This document shows, piece by piece, positions 15,852 to 30,711 of a stretch of 64,000 nucleotides of DNA. The notes beneath the pieces are model-generated. The model worked only from the letters and a program-made list of their open reading frames with translations, ran no database searches and was not told the DNA's origin. This DNA is from the human T2T-CHM13v2.0 reference genome, Homo sapiens: the NCBI RefSeq assembly GCF_009914755.1, contig NC_060926.1; one strand, written 5' to 3'. Made by a program: the position numbers and the translations under genes. Position 1 is the stretch's first letter. The number at the start of each line of letters is the position of its first letter.

Positions 15852-17885
15852 GCTATAGTGGTTAAGGGCATGAGCTTTGAAATTACGAGTTTGAGTCCCA
15901 GCATACAAATTTGAGTCCCACTGCATACAAATTATGTAACTCTTGGGAAATTAATCTAGCTGAAACTCAACTTCCATTTCTCTAAAAGGGGTATGATTAA
16001 TTTATCTATCACTTCGGATTCTTGTGAGCATTAAATGAAGTCAGTATTGTGCCTGGCTTATTATTGTAGGCATTTAATAACTTGTCAATATTATAATGAT
16101 TACCTTTAAGGAGCTTTAGTGGTAGAGAAGAAAAAAGGATTGAACTGATAACTCAGATTGGTGATTTAGCGGATTATCATAAACTCCTTAAAGTGGGAAT
16201 AGCACCTTGTGCTCTCTGCAGTACCAACATCTCTTTGAATTAGCATGGATTCATGCATTCATGAATTTGAAAAATATGGCCTGCAAGCTACAGCGAAAAT
16301 GGCTAAGAAGATGTATTTCAGAAATGGCACATTTTCAGCATTCTAAAAGGTAGGACCAAAGCGACTATTTTAAGAAAATCCACATAAGAAGATCAATATT
16401 TCATTGGCTGTTGTAATATTAGGCATTTATCAGCACATTAGAAATGGTTGCCATGAACTACTTTCTATTAATAACTTGGTTGAGACTGAATATTAAACGG
16501 GAAACTTCTCATAGCAATATTCTCTTTGGGTGGCTCAAACAACAAAAACAAAAACTATTCCTGGATGAAGTCTTCATACTGGCAAAATTATTTCATGAAA
16601 CACTTTATAACTTCAGACAGGCCTCTGCTTCCTTTCTTATGCTGCTGAGCACAGCTCAGTAAAAGCCAGCAACAATCCTATGTCATTTGTACAAACTCCT
16701 CAGCCACAGCTCAGGTGTGCCAGGGCGGGCGCTCTAGCAATCCCACTTTGAAGGTTCTATTTCAAACCAGATAACTGGCCTTTTAAAAGTTGATTGTTTT
16801 CATAAGGACTTTCTTCTATTAAGCTCTTAACCAAAGCATATTGCTGGGCCAAGACATCTTTAATCATCTGGCAAAATCCCATGCACCAGCCCATGAAGTA
16901 GAGTCCATGGAACCCAGGAAGTATAGTATGGGCTTTGAATTACTACTGACCTGCTGGGAGAGTTAATGCAGGTTCCAGAGGTGCTGCACCTGCCTCTTCT
17001 GAAAAGATGGTCTCATCAAAGATTTGAGTAAGGAAAGCAGGCAGAGGTGCTGGTTATTTATCTGGATGAGCAGCCAGACAGGAAACATTAAGAAATATAG
17101 CAAGAGTTGGGTTCTTTTCACAAACACATTAACATCAGAAAAATAAACAAGCCAACTTAAGTGTGATTAGAGGTTTTTTTCCCCCTTAACTCTAGGCGGC
17201 GTTGTGTTCTTAGCAATAGTCTTCTTTTTCTCAAAGAACTTTATTTATTCCCCAATCCAAAATTAGTTCCTTAATTTGAAACAGCCATAAACAAACATTA
17301 ACTAAAGAAATCCCTTGGGCTCTTTTCTCCCACACCCTATCCCCCCACACACATTTTTTCTGCTGCTTTGTTTGTTCTCAGTTCTTTTTCCCTTTGTGCT
17401 GAACAGAAGGGCCTGCAGTGATTTGGCTTTCTGAAATCCCTTCATAAGTTTCTTGAAAGATATTTAAATTCCATTTTGACAGGAGAGAATTAAATTCACA
17501 TTAATTTCCATCAATAATGAATTCAATCTAAACAAACTTCAGTAACATCAAATTACGGATTTTAGTTCTCTACTGGTTCCTAAGGTTGCTTGCAGCTCTC
17601 TAATTCTTTTATCGGCCTATTCTAGCCTACTGCTGTTCCTGGAGTATGAATGGAGCCTCTAATCAGAGCAGCTGTCCCAGCAACCTTGGAGAGATTCCCT
17701 TGCACCTTTTCCTCCACTACTCCTCTTCTCATTTTCTTCTTTATTTTCAATCTTTGCCAACCCCCTTTTTCCTCCCTGTCTTTCTTTGTTTCACCTCCAT
17801 TTCCCACTCCATATCAATGAAGAATCCCATAGTGATTTGGCTTTCCTCTTCAAACCCATCCCAACATCATCTTCATAAAAGGGAA

Positions 17886-18749
<864 letters not shown>

Positions 18750-20586
18750 TCAAGATTACAAAAACATCTCAGATAACAGTTTTCTAGAGCGGAACGCTGG
18801 ACAGCATTACTTTATTAATTTGCAAGTCACTTTCCCTTTCACTCCCATCTGAGTGGGCACGTCCTGTCTGCTTCACACCAATGCTTCTGTACTCCAGTAA
18901 TGTGTTTTTCATCATCACATGTCCAATAATTTTGAATCTCACCTGATAGCAGCATCCCCTGGCTTATAAATGTGGGAAATATTTGCTATGGAGGAGTGAT
19001 TTGTAGCATTTCGTGAGTCAAAGGCCTTTTGGGAGAATCTAAGGGATGGTCAAAATGCTTTCCGCAGAGAAAAATGCACACGTACCATGATTGTGAGTGA
19101 GCCTGTGTACATCTATGTGTGTTTATGTGGTGCATACACACGCAACCACACACACTTTGGCATAAAGCTTGTCAATCCCAGATTCAGAACCCTACCCCTA
19201 CCATGTATGGTCCTTGGCCATATAATATTCTTCTATCCTCATTCAGGATGCCCTGGGTGGTGCCTATTATGTAACTACAGTTTTATAAATAACTTAATTT
19301 CTTCTAGTTTACCTCCTTTTAAGTGATGAATTAAACTTCAAAACATGAAGTCTATCAGACACTATTTTTGTGTCAGACACTTTGGACTCACCCTAAGGAA
19401 GATAGTTCCATGTTTTACTTGTGTAAAAAGATGTCTCTATAGTGATATTAAAGGATTCTGTATGTGAAACTGTAATTTCCTCCTGCTGTTTTAAGATATT
19501 CCTCTTTCTTATTGGCACCACATGAGATAAAGTTCGGTGACTGGGGCAGAGATTTATGAAGTGTTATTGTTGAATATATGTGTATGTTGCTTTCCTGTGG
19601 TGAAAGACCCATAACCCAAGACTTCCATTTTGGGATTGATTTGGGGCCTAGTGTAACATGTATGCTGTAATAAGCCATGGCAGATGCTGTCTATTTACTT
19701 CCTGCTGTCCCATGTGGGTTTCAGAGTGGATAATTTTGCTCATTCTTTTGGCCTTTGCTGTGGCTTGTCAAAAACTGGACTCATGTTCATAACTCTGAGA
19801 AGTGCTCAGCTGTGAAATAAGTACTGAAAAGATGAAATACAATTGATCCTGAGTCATTGTGATCATTCAAGCCCATGTAAGCAAGAAATAAGTATTTAAA
19901 GTGTCCCAATAAATCTTCTCTTTGAGCTTAAACATTTAGAAATTTAGAATACTTATAGACTGATTTCTGCAGGAAGATTAAGAAAAACATATGTGTTGGC
20001 TCTGAAGTAGAGATAGAAGTTATTATGAAACATTAGTGATAAGTTGAGTGGGGTCAGCCTAGTGCATCTGTTTCTGCAGAAGTGGGAATTCTTTAGCATC
20101 AAGGTATGAGAGTGTATAGCAGAAGTACAGGAGATGTCAATTAATCACTGTCTAGAAATAAAAAATCAGCTTTATTTTAAACAGTGTAGCTATTTGTTAT
20201 ATTTTTGCTTTTTACAACTATTATGCAAAAATTATTGGGGTTTGCTATAAGAAGATGGGGCAATCTTTCAAAGTGAGTGATAACAGCTATGAAGGAGCCA
20301 TGAAAGAAGATACTGGAAACACTTGGTATTCATTCATTTGTGCACACATGCATACATGCATGCATGCAACAAGCATTATTGAGTGCCCACTATATTCCAG
20401 GACTTAGGTTACACACAGCATTGGAAAATAAATAGACATGATTCTGCCCTCAAGTTTGTCTCAGTGTAGTGAAAGAGACTGATAATTGAATAGGTAGTTT
20501 GATCATGGTGTGATATACTCCATGATGTAGGCAACAGAATTTTATCAGAGCACTGAATAAGTGCTCTTTTCTTGTTTGGGGGATCA

Positions 20587-20862
<276 letters not shown>

Positions 20863-20916
20863 TCAGAGGAGTCAAATGCTACGAGGACCCAAAACTGCCT
20901 TTAAGATGTGGCAACT

Positions 20917-21207
20917 GGTGGGGTGCGGTGGCTCACACCTGTAATCCCAGCAGTTTGGGAGGCTGAAGTGGGAGGATCACTTGAGCCCAGGAGTTCAAGA
21001 CCAGGCTGGGCATAGGGAGACTTCCTCCCTACAAAAAATAAAATTAGCCACCAGATATGGTGGCGTGTGCCTGTAGTCCCAGCTACTTGGGAAGCTGAGG
21101 CGGGAGGATAGCTTGATTCCGGGGTTGTACCACTGCACTGTACACAAAAAGCCTTGGTGACAGAGTGAGACCTCATCTCAAGAAAAAAAGAGAAAAAGAA
21201 AAAAGAA
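20917..21207 (+). mobile_element. Alu (AluJ-like) with internal deletion
   Basis: TSD GATGTGGCAACT at 20905-20916 and 21210-21221; right arm shortened near 21125. Confidence 0.92.
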
Positions 21208-21818
21208 ACGATGTGGCAACTGACAGATGATCACTGCAGACCTTGGCAAAATCAGTTTTAATGTAGTCATAAGAGCAAAGGAATGGGGTGTGAAAGTGAA
21301 GTGAGAAAGTAGACAGAAACCATATACTAAACTTTAAAAAACTTGACTGCTGGGTAGAGAGCTGTTAAGATCCAGGCTTCTTTTTCAATAAACATACAAA
21401 TTTCACTTTGTCACCCCTAAATTCTGATCAGATAGAGCCCCCTTCTCCCAGAAGATCATAGCTCAAATTTCTGGATACTTCCACCTACCAAACTGATTTC
21501 TTAAAACTTTACTTATTTATATTATAAAAGCAATCTTTTTTTCCCAAAAATATATTTATCATATAGTATACTATAAAGCATCATCCAATACTTAAGACTT
21601 TGATATGCCCATCACACACTGAGGTTACTAATGAAGATAGAGTTCACCTGGACATCTCAGTGATAGGGGTAGGAGGGGGTATAATCTTTAAGTTCCAGAA
21701 TTTATTTCAAAGGCAAGAAGTTACGGATAAACTATTGAACAGAAACCAGGTAGAACTATGTTGTTTGCAATAGCAACTAGCTTAGGAAACAGCTGGTTTG
21801 GAGTTTGAAGATTTCATA

Positions 21819-22163
21819 TGTATTGGTTTGGGCTGCTATAATCAAAATACCATAGGTGGGGTGACTTAAACAATGTTTATTTCTCATGGTTTTGGAGACT
21901 GAGAAGTCCAAGATTAAGTCATTGACAGATCTGGTGTCCAGTGAGGGCTTGCTTCCTGGTTGGTAGGCAGCCACCTTCTTGCTATATCCTCACGTGGCTG
22001 AGAGAGTGAACGTTGGTTTTTCTCTTCTTATAAGGAAACTACTCCCATAATGGGGGTTCTACCTAATCACCTCCCAAAAGTCCTACCTTCTAATACCATC
22101 CCACTGGGGGTTAGTGTTTCAACATACGAATTTTGAGAGGACATAAACATGCAGTCCATAACA
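21819..22163 (-). mobile_element. MaLR LTR (MLT1A-like)
   Basis: TGTATTGGTTTGGGCTGCTATAATCAAAATACCATAG...CAGTCCATAACA; flanks TCATA / CCATA. Confidence 0.85.
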
Positions 22164-23349
22164 CCATATATAAATCCTCACATATATGTAGTGGGCCAGC
22201 CATTTTTGAAGGCTCTAGCAGATACATGCACCACCCCCTCCCCCATCTCTATCAGCTCTACCTAAAATCTTGACTTTATTCTCTTTTTTGCATTAAGGCA
22301 AGCTCATCAAACTGGCCCAAGGATCTTGGATGCATCGCCCTTGGCAGATTGTGTTTCTTCTTTGAAATTCTCCTTTGAAGTGGCCCTCATTGCCAACCAC
22401 CAAGCCTGCAATGGGGAGACTTCCCCCAGTACTCCTACCGATGCCTCCCACCCTGCCTACTACCTTGGACACATGACTTCATGATATGGAAAGAAGAATC
22501 TCTTCTGGAAAAGAGTGCAATAAAGAAATCCAAGGACCTGCACTCAAAGCAAATGTTCTCCGTGGGTGATTAGTATAAACCCTCATTCAGCATAAGTTGG
22601 TTATTAGATTTGCCAGTCTCTAACATGACCTAACGGGAAAAATCACCAAGTACTGAAATGTTCTGATGGAAGGGTATTAGAAAAAACCACTCAAGCAATA
22701 TTTATTTATTTATGTTTTCAGTTGGGCCAATTCAGAAAAACAAAAATTTGCAGGCCACATATTTTGTCCAAGATGAAAATAGCTTTATTATTTTTTCCTG
22801 ATTATAAAAATAATACTCATTTATTATTACAAAACTTGAAAGTTATTTGTATGAAAAGAAGTAAATATAGCTTGAAATCTGAAAGTTCATAGTGGGCCAC
22901 AGTTTAAAAGGCAATTCAAGTAGTTTCTTTTTTATTTGATTGGCTAGAAAAGTGTTGATGAGTGACTTTTAGTTACTAAATTTTGAATATTTGAAATTCA
23001 ATATTTAAATGTTTGAAAAAGAGGACCATAAAGGCCGTTTTCTAATCTTTTACTCAGAATTGAAATCCTGGATTGTGCTGTAGCCCTTGAGCCCCAGGTT
23101 GCACATTACTGATTTAAAAACACTTGGAACGACACGAGAGGTCAAGAGGGCTGGTGAGGCCTGGGGGAGCCTGGAAGCAGCATCAGGGTCCTCGTTGCCT
23201 TGGGACTGGGGGGACGTTACAAAGGAACAGGGAGTATATCCAAGAAGACAAAGACCTGAAGCTAGACCCTACCTTCTAGGAAGTCACAGACCATGACCGT
23301 CATGTTTACCATCTTGTTGTAGTGACAGGGCTAGCACAGGACTAAATAG

Positions 23350-23568
23350 ATACTCAGTAAATACTTCTTGATTTAGGACAAATTTTATCTACTTCACTCT
23401 TTGGCCCTGGGGTAGTGGTGCCTGATTACAAGTCACTAGAATGGAAGAAGTCCTCAGGAATACTCAGTAAATACTTCTTGATGTAGGACAAATTTCATCT
23501 ACTTCACTCTTTGGCCCTGGGGTAGTGGTGCCTGATCACAAGTCACTAGAATGGAAGAAGTCCTCAGG
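23350..23568 (+). repeat. Tandem duplication, period 110 bp, two copies
   Basis: 23350-23458 vs 23460-23568, 3 mismatches in 109 nt. Confidence 0.97.
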
Positions 23569-25741
23569 GTTGAGACTGTTATATGTCTGATAATCTAGAA
23601 CAATTACAACACCCATCAAAGTTACCCAGTGGGACTAAAAGTATTTAGGCACCAAGGAACTTATGTACCAAAAATAAAGAGATTCTTCTTCCCCTGCCCA
23701 GGGTAAACCTTCAGGGTGATAGCTGCTTTTGACTGATAAAGATTTATAAGGCAAACTATAAAATTATAAAACATGATTTTCAATTTAATGAAACTGTGGA
23801 CTTGAAGAAACATGCAGGTCTTTGAAGGAACCCCTCAGGGAGTAGATAAGAGTTTTGAAGAGACTAGGAACGAATGACTTTTTGAAGCAATTTATAGACC
23901 CAATGGCCCTGAGGGGAAAACGTTTGGGGCCTATGTGCTGTGTCAAGATTATCTCAGGTCCAGACTCAAGATCTATGGGAACTTTGTAGCACTCCCAGTC
24001 ACTGAGAGGGGGGCTGGGGACAGATGAGGTTGGGGCCTGGCAAGAGGGCCCATAAGAATGTAAGACAAGCTTCTGCTCTCTTCTCTTACTCATATTGGCA
24101 TGAATGGGTTTCAGGAAAAATACCCAGAGTATAGCATGTGTCTAATGGGAAGGATTATGCAGGCATCTTTATTTAGCAAAGGCCATGCTTGTCTTGGGGA
24201 GTTGGGTTGCTTGTCAACACCCTGACCTCCATGGTATGAGTCTTCCTCTGCATGAGATGGGCTGTGCTTTGGTGCTACTCTCTATAAACTTTTTCCAGCT
24301 TTATTCAAAGTTTAAGAACATCATTCCTGCAACTCCATCAGCAAGAACTGCTTTTGTCCTACCTTGCGCTCTGGAAAGTCTTTAATGAGATATCTGAAAT
24401 TCTTGGCAGAGATTATAGGCTAACTTGATTTACCTAACATAATAATAACTCATGAAATTAGTTCCTCAATCTAACACTATTGAGTACTTTCTATGTTCTT
24501 AGGCTCTGAGAACACAATAGTGAACCAAACTCCACCCTCATGGAGTTTCTCATGTCGTACAGATGTCAAGATTGAGAATGCAGCTGAAATAATGGGCAAC
24601 TAACCTTTTGCTTATATTTCTAATTTAAATTTTGGTTTATTCTGTCAATGGTCCCTAAACCTAGAGTTATGCCATTTTGGTTGTTAATACAATAGGATAT
24701 TTTTGAGTTACACACAATTATCTTTCTCTACAGCATTTTCATATGCTAACACCTGTGATGAATGTATGCACCAGATCAAATATATGGATTTAGTTTTAGG
24801 GACTGAAGCAGAAACAGACTATTACGTCATATGTTTGCTAAATTACTTTTCATTTGGTATAGGTGGCCAATATTTTTTTTCCTTTGCCATAATATTTGCT
24901 TTTCCTTGCAGTACTCCTAGGGTCTCCCCAGCAATGAGGTGACAGCTCCCCAGTTATCATTAGAAAAATGAAAATGATTTTTTAAAAAGATTGGGAAAAA
25001 GTCTAGCCATTTTTCAGATTGATTTATTGTTTCACAGCTAGGTTTTGCCATCATAGTACTAACCTGCTGTAGCATGAGAAGAAATAAGAGACAACTATTT
25101 TACTAGTTGAAATGACAGAATGCTAAATTATAAAATGTCAAGGGAAAAAATTTAGGCAATTTAAATTTCCTGGCAATGGGTCTATAATTTATTTGTGGCT
25201 CAGAGTACTCTGAGCTGTAGAGAAATGCATTTTGTGGAGAAAAATTATACTTTTTCACTGCCTGATTTTAGTGCTCAAATTACATTTTTTTAAAATAAAG
25301 AATTGTTTTTGATTTTCAAATAGTCTAGTACAGTACCTAAAAGGGACCCTATTTGTGAGCTTTTCAAATTACTCTTTTTATCCTCAAATAGCTTTAGTAA
25401 ATTTTCTCCCTGCCTGGGATAAGTTCCATCGGTCTTTTTACCTTCAAATATTCTTGATGTAATTTATCTATAGTTTGTTAAATACTTAGAATAAGAGTTG
25501 TGTTTTTACCATTGAGTCTTGGACACCGACAATGCTATAGAAACATTTTTTTTTGTAATACCTAATCTGAATTTCAAATAATACTTTAAACATGAAGCAC
25601 TTATTTTTAAAGCACTCTTTAAATATATTTTAAAATATTTTATTTTGTATGAAGCTATTTAAGAAATAGCTAACTCAGTGCTTACTGCATTTGGAGGACT
25701 ATCCTAAACTAAGAGACATATGCTAAAGAAATAATACAGTA

Positions 25742-26165
25742 CACTTGACCCTTGAACAACTTGGAGATTAGGGACGCTGACCCTCCATGTAGTCAAAAAT
25801 TCACGTATAACTTTTGACTCCCCAAAATTTAACTAGTAATAGCCTACTGTTGACATATCAGCCTTATGGATAACATAAATGGTCTATTAACACATATTTT
25901 ATATTGTATCATATATTGTATTCTTACAAAAAAAGTAAGTTAGAGAAAAAGGAAATGTTATTAAGAAAATCATAAGAGAAAATATATTTGCTACTCATTA
26001 AGTGGAAATGGATCATCAAAGTCTTCATCCTCATCCTCTTCATGCTGAGTAGGCTGAAGAGGAGGAGGAAAAGGAGGAGTGGGTCTTGCTGTCTCAGGGG
26101 TAGCAGAGGTGGAAGAGGTGGAGGAGGTGGAAAGGAGGCAGGAGAGGCAGCCACACTCAGCGTAA
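25742..26165 (-). mobile_element. Tigger2-family DNA transposon fragment
   Basis: TIR-like CACTTGACCCTTGAACAAC after TA; minus-strand acidic peptide ...EEDEDEDFDDPFPLNE* resembles the Tigger2 transposase C-terminus. Confidence 0.82.
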
Positions 26166-26548
26166 GTTGCCTGCCTCAGCTTCACCATCTCTAAAATGGG
26201 ATTATAATATAACCTACCTCGTTGGGCTGCTGTGCAGCTTCAACGAGTTAACACATATGTAGAGCATTTAGAATATTTCCTAGGATAGTCAGCTCTCTAA
26301 AACTGATGTTATCTCAGTCCTGGTGTTTTCGAACTGATTGACTAGTTTTATCTCGAGGCCTACTATCTAGTTGGAGAAGTCAAACATCCAGAAGAGGATG
26401 AATAAAAAGATTTCATGACCTGGGGCAAATTAATAGGTACTGAGAGGATGTGGCATTCAGATGCTACCATACGAAAGAAAGCAGAATCTAATTCAAGATG
26501 ATGGTCAGGAATAGGTGAAAACCGAATTTAGTTTGAAAGGATAAGTAA

Positions 26549-26863
26549 TGCCTGGGAATAGTGACCCACACCTGTGATCCTAGTGCTTTGGGAGGCCAAG
26601 ACAGGAGTATCACTTGAGGCCAGGGGCTCAAGGCCAGCCTGGGGAACAATAGTGGGACTCCTATCTCTACAAAAAATACAAAGAAATTAGTCGGGTATGG
26701 TAACATGCACCTGTAGTCCCGGCTGCTTGGGAAGCTGAGGCAGGAGGATTGTGGGAGGATTGTTTGAGTTCAAGAGTTCAAGGTTACAGTGAGCTGTGAT
26801 TGTGCCACTGCACTCCAGCCTGGGTGACAGAGCGAGATCCTGTCTTTATTTTATTTTTTAAAA
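26549..26863 (+). mobile_element. Alu (AluJ-like), diverged
   Basis: Dimer; GATAAGTAA on both flanks; tail has become T-rich. Confidence 0.9.
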
Positions 26864-27497
26864 AAAGATAAGTAAAGCAGGTGAAAACTGTTTGGGTGGG
26901 TAGATGAGAGACAAAATATAGCAAAAACAAAGACTGAGAATTTTAAAGATAGAGTCTTTAACACATTCAACATGATGTAAAATACCTAAGGACAAACAGT
27001 ATGAGCCGCTTCATAAACTTAGTTGAATGAAGACAGAGCCAGTGAGAAAATCTAAAAGTATGACTTCCAGTCCACTTTTATGTTTGCTACACCAAAAGGC
27101 AGTCATATGGTTCTTTCGTCAGTCTTCTTGTCAATGTTGAACTCCTTTTAATTTTCTTGAAAGGGCTCAAGTAAAACCAACTAAGAAAAAATAAGTCTTA
27201 CATGCCTAGTGGTAATTACCTTCCTGGGATACATAGAGATATGCTTTTACTTCTGTATTTTCCACAAGGATGGCAAGATTTCAATTGAATGAATTTAAAT
27301 TGTTGCATGTTTCCATTGAGGCAAAGCACACTTCTTGTATTCTTTTATTGCACTCTTGTAATTTGATAATTTATGTTTTTCACCCTAAATCTCAATAATA
27401 GTTTTCTACTTCTTTTTATTTCTTTCTGTTTCCTCCAAATAGATTGAGGAGAAAGTAAAAAATGCCTTTGTAGTTGATGGATTTATTATCTATTCTT

Positions 27498-27793
27498 TTT
27501 TTTTTTTTTTTTTGAGATGGACTCTCGCTCTGTCACCCAGGCTGGAGTACACTGGCGTGATCTTGGCTCACTGCAACCTCCACCTCCTGGGTTCAAGTGA
27601 TTCTTCTGCCTCAGCCTCCTGAGTAGCTGGGACTACAGGAGCGTGCCACCACGCCTGGCTAATTTTTGTATTTTTAGTAGAGATGGGATTTCACCATATT
27701 GGCCAGGCTGGTCTCGAACTCCTGACGTCATGATCCGCCTGCCACAGCCTCCCAAAGTGCTGGGATTACAGGTGTGAGCCACTGCGCCCAGCC
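27498..27793 (-). mobile_element. Alu (AluS-like)
   Basis: Perfect 14 bp TSD TATTATCTATTCTT (27484-27497, 27794-27807). Confidence 0.96.
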
Positions 27794-28639
27794 TATTATC
27801 TATTCTTGACAATTGTGGGAATAACTTTAATCTGCTTTTTATAATTTCAAAAGTTGTTGATTGATTGGTTTTTGAAAAAAATGGCCAGGAAGGTAAAAGT
27901 GTTTTAAAACCTGTATGTCCTCAGAAACTTGGGTTTTGAGATTTATGAAAACTAGGTAAACAGTATTTTTAAAAGAGAAGCATGATTTTTCTCTAGAAAT
28001 ATTTTTGGCTAATAACTTGGTTCATTTTCTTAGTGTTTATTAGGATAAGTTCTACAGTTTCTATCATTTTCTTTTTTGAACTTGCTAAAATCATGGAGAA
28101 AGTCTTAATTGTCCTCACTATGCGAGGTCCTTCTAGAGGCCGAACTGTTCTGACATAACTGTGTCCTATCCCTTTCTTGAGTCAGGAGTTTCAAAACTTT
28201 ACTTCTAGTAGCTAGCTATTTTGATAGACCTACTCAGCACATAGTTGTCTCAAACCTACTTTTTCTAAAATCTGGCCACCTTCCAAGATCAAAAGTTTAT
28301 AGAATTCCCCCACTCTTCAATTTGTATACATCTTATATTCATGAACCTGCCATCTGCATTTCTGCTATTTTTGAAAAGCTGAACTGGACAGTAGAGGTCA
28401 GAAGTTCCATGAACTGCCAAACTGCTATAAGCAGTCACTTGGGAACCTAAACTCAGACAAGCAAAATGGAGAAGTGAGTCTAACACACGTCACCAGGTAG
28501 CAGGTTCATATGTTGCCTATTGTGAAGGCTGGGATCTCCAGGGTTTTCATTATGCTAGGTTATCAAGGTCTGAGGTAGTGTGCTTGATAGTGAAGACTAT
28601 AGAGTCAGACTATCTGGGTTCAAATTCCAGCTCTGTCAC

Positions 28640-29113
28640 TGTTCTAGGTGTCTATTGCTATGTAACAACCACCCAGATGACAATCTTTTATTATTATCAC
28701 TTACGTTTCCGGGGCCTGATTTGGCTCAGCTAGGTTTTCTCTCTAGGTCTCTCAGGCAGCGTGGTCAGTGACTGTGGCTGGAGTTCTTTCAAAAGCTCGC
28801 CAACTCACATGCTTGATATAAGTTGTACTGGCAGTAGACCAGGTCCTCAGCTGGCACCATCAGCCCAAACACCTACACATGGCCTTCCCTGTGGCTTGAG
28901 CTTCCTCACAATATGGCAGCTGGGTTCCAAGGGTGAGTGTCCCAAGGGAGAGCCAGGTGAAAACTTCATCTCCTTTTATGACCTAGGTTTGGAAGTCACA
29001 TAGCATCACATCTGCTGTATTCTATTTGTTACAATCAAATCACTAAGTCCAGACCATATTCAAAAGGAGGGCAATTAATATCCACTCTCTAATGGGAGTC
29101 TTCAAACCACCAT
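28640..29113 (-). mobile_element. Old MaLR LTR (MLT1-type) splitting a MIR
   Basis: TCTATTGCTATGTAACAACCACCC...CTTCCTCACAATATGGC...AAACCACCA. MIR halves at ~28570-28639 and ~29115-29270. Confidence 0.75.
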
Positions 29114-30269
29114 AGCCATGTATTCCCTGAAGACCTCTCTGTCCTTGGCTTTGCTGGTCTGTAAAACAAGGATAATGAGAGAAACTTACCTCAGAGCTTT
29201 TTGTGAGGATTAAACAAAGAACAGTCCCTGGTACCCAGTATGTGTTAGTTTCGCCCATTATCACACCACTTGTACATCTGAAGTGATGCTGATGGTGACA
29301 TCAATGATGAGACAGTTCCCAGCAGATATAGTCTGTGAAGGTCCCACCTTTCCAAACTCTACTAGTGGCATTTAACAAATCCCAGCGCCTGTGGTTCTTA
29401 TGCCAGTGGGAACAGTTACTATATATGGTCTGAATTCTTTGGTTCACCTCACTTTAGTGACAGTTTCCAGATACAGGTCAGTCCATTTAAACCTGGCCCA
29501 TTTATGGCAATTTATTTCATTATAGGATAAAGTAGTTAGAACCATGAGTAATAATTACTGTGTCTACAGTGCTTTTAACACCTCAGCCAAGTAATCCTCA
29601 TCTCACCCAGTGAGTAAGTTTGAATGCGCACCCTTCCCTGTGCGAGGATGAAGAAACCAGGACCTGGGTCAAGAGGATTGTTCTAAATTCTCCAATGAGG
29701 CAATAGGGCTTGAGTGAGAAGGTGTGTGTGTGTGTGTAGGGGGGGTGTCCTGATTCTCTGGCCCCTACATGCCTGTATAATATACCCCATCACTGATCAT
29801 TACTCAGGACCTGTTAATACACTCTATTCAAATACGTATGGGTATTTGAAATTTCTTTTAAACTACCTCTCATGTATTTATAACACAAAGAATTGGCCAG
29901 TGTCTATTTCCCACAAGGTGAGATTAAGTAATTTAAAAGATACTAAAAGTCTTGTAAATGAAGACACACCACACCACTCAGTATAATTTTTTTCTTTTTC
30001 TGTGAAACTAATATTTTCTGATATTCTCGGCATCCAAAAATTTTCATCTTGGGGAGGAGGAAAAATTGAGACTTACTCCCACTGTTTGCCGGAATGTGAC
30101 CCCAGGCTGGCTTCGAGTTGTCAAATGTTGTATTTCTCATTTTATGTCAGTGAGTCTGGAAGCAAAAAAGGTAGAAAGACTGCCTTCCGTGGGGGCCGCG
30201 ACGATCGCCCCTCCTTCCCTCAAGCCTCGTCCCATCCAGGCTCGCCCCGGGTGCGGAGGGTCGGGCCGC

Positions 30270-30342
30270 AAACCCGCAAGGCGCGGAGGCCGCCGCGACG
30301 CTCACCGGGGGGCGCTGTGAAGCCGGCACCGGGCGGACAGAG
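30270..30342 (+). other. MYO1B: Candidate alternative upstream non-coding first exon; 5' boundary approximate
   Basis: Near-consensus donor GAG|GTGAGT at 30342/30343 inside the CpG island. Confidence 0.55.
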
Positions 30343-30499
30343 GTGAGTCGGCTCGGAGGCGGTGGCTCCCGTTCCTGCCCGCGCGCCGAGGGGCGAATCC
30401 CAGGCAGCGAGGTCGCCGCCCCCGCCCCTCGGCCGGCCCCTCCGCCAGCGGGCGAGAGGGGAGTGGCCGGGCTCCTCCCGCCGCCGCTGAGCACTCCGC

Positions 30500-30711
30500 A
30501 GCTGGGTGCGCACGGGAGCCTCAACCGCGGCGCGTGGAGGCAGTACCAGAGCGCGCGGCGCGCAGTCGGCCGGCAGCCGCGGGACAGCCTTGGCAGAACA
30601 GCCGCGGCGGGAGCCCCGCAGCCCCGGGCTGGGCCCGCGTCCCGGAGCGCCACCGGAGAGCGAGGACGACGTGGAGGCGGAGTGGCGCCCGGCGAGGTAG
30701 CGCCAGGCGAG
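30500..30711 (+). other. MYO1B: Candidate non-coding exon 1 (5' UTR) of MYO1B; 5' boundary approximate
   Basis: ATG-free GC-rich segment ending in GAG|GTAGCG donors after 30696 and 30711. The TSS cannot be read from sequence. Confidence 0.7.

Noticed and set aside
23350-23568. CRISPR-like array or other prokaryotic system
   Set aside because: Only two abutting copies with no spacers, in primate DNA. No cas, tRNA or rRNA genes were seen anywhere in the window.
25991-26188. Acidic/proline-rich ORF
   Set aside because: Tigger2 transposase tail remnant running into adjacent MIR sequence; no intact transposase.
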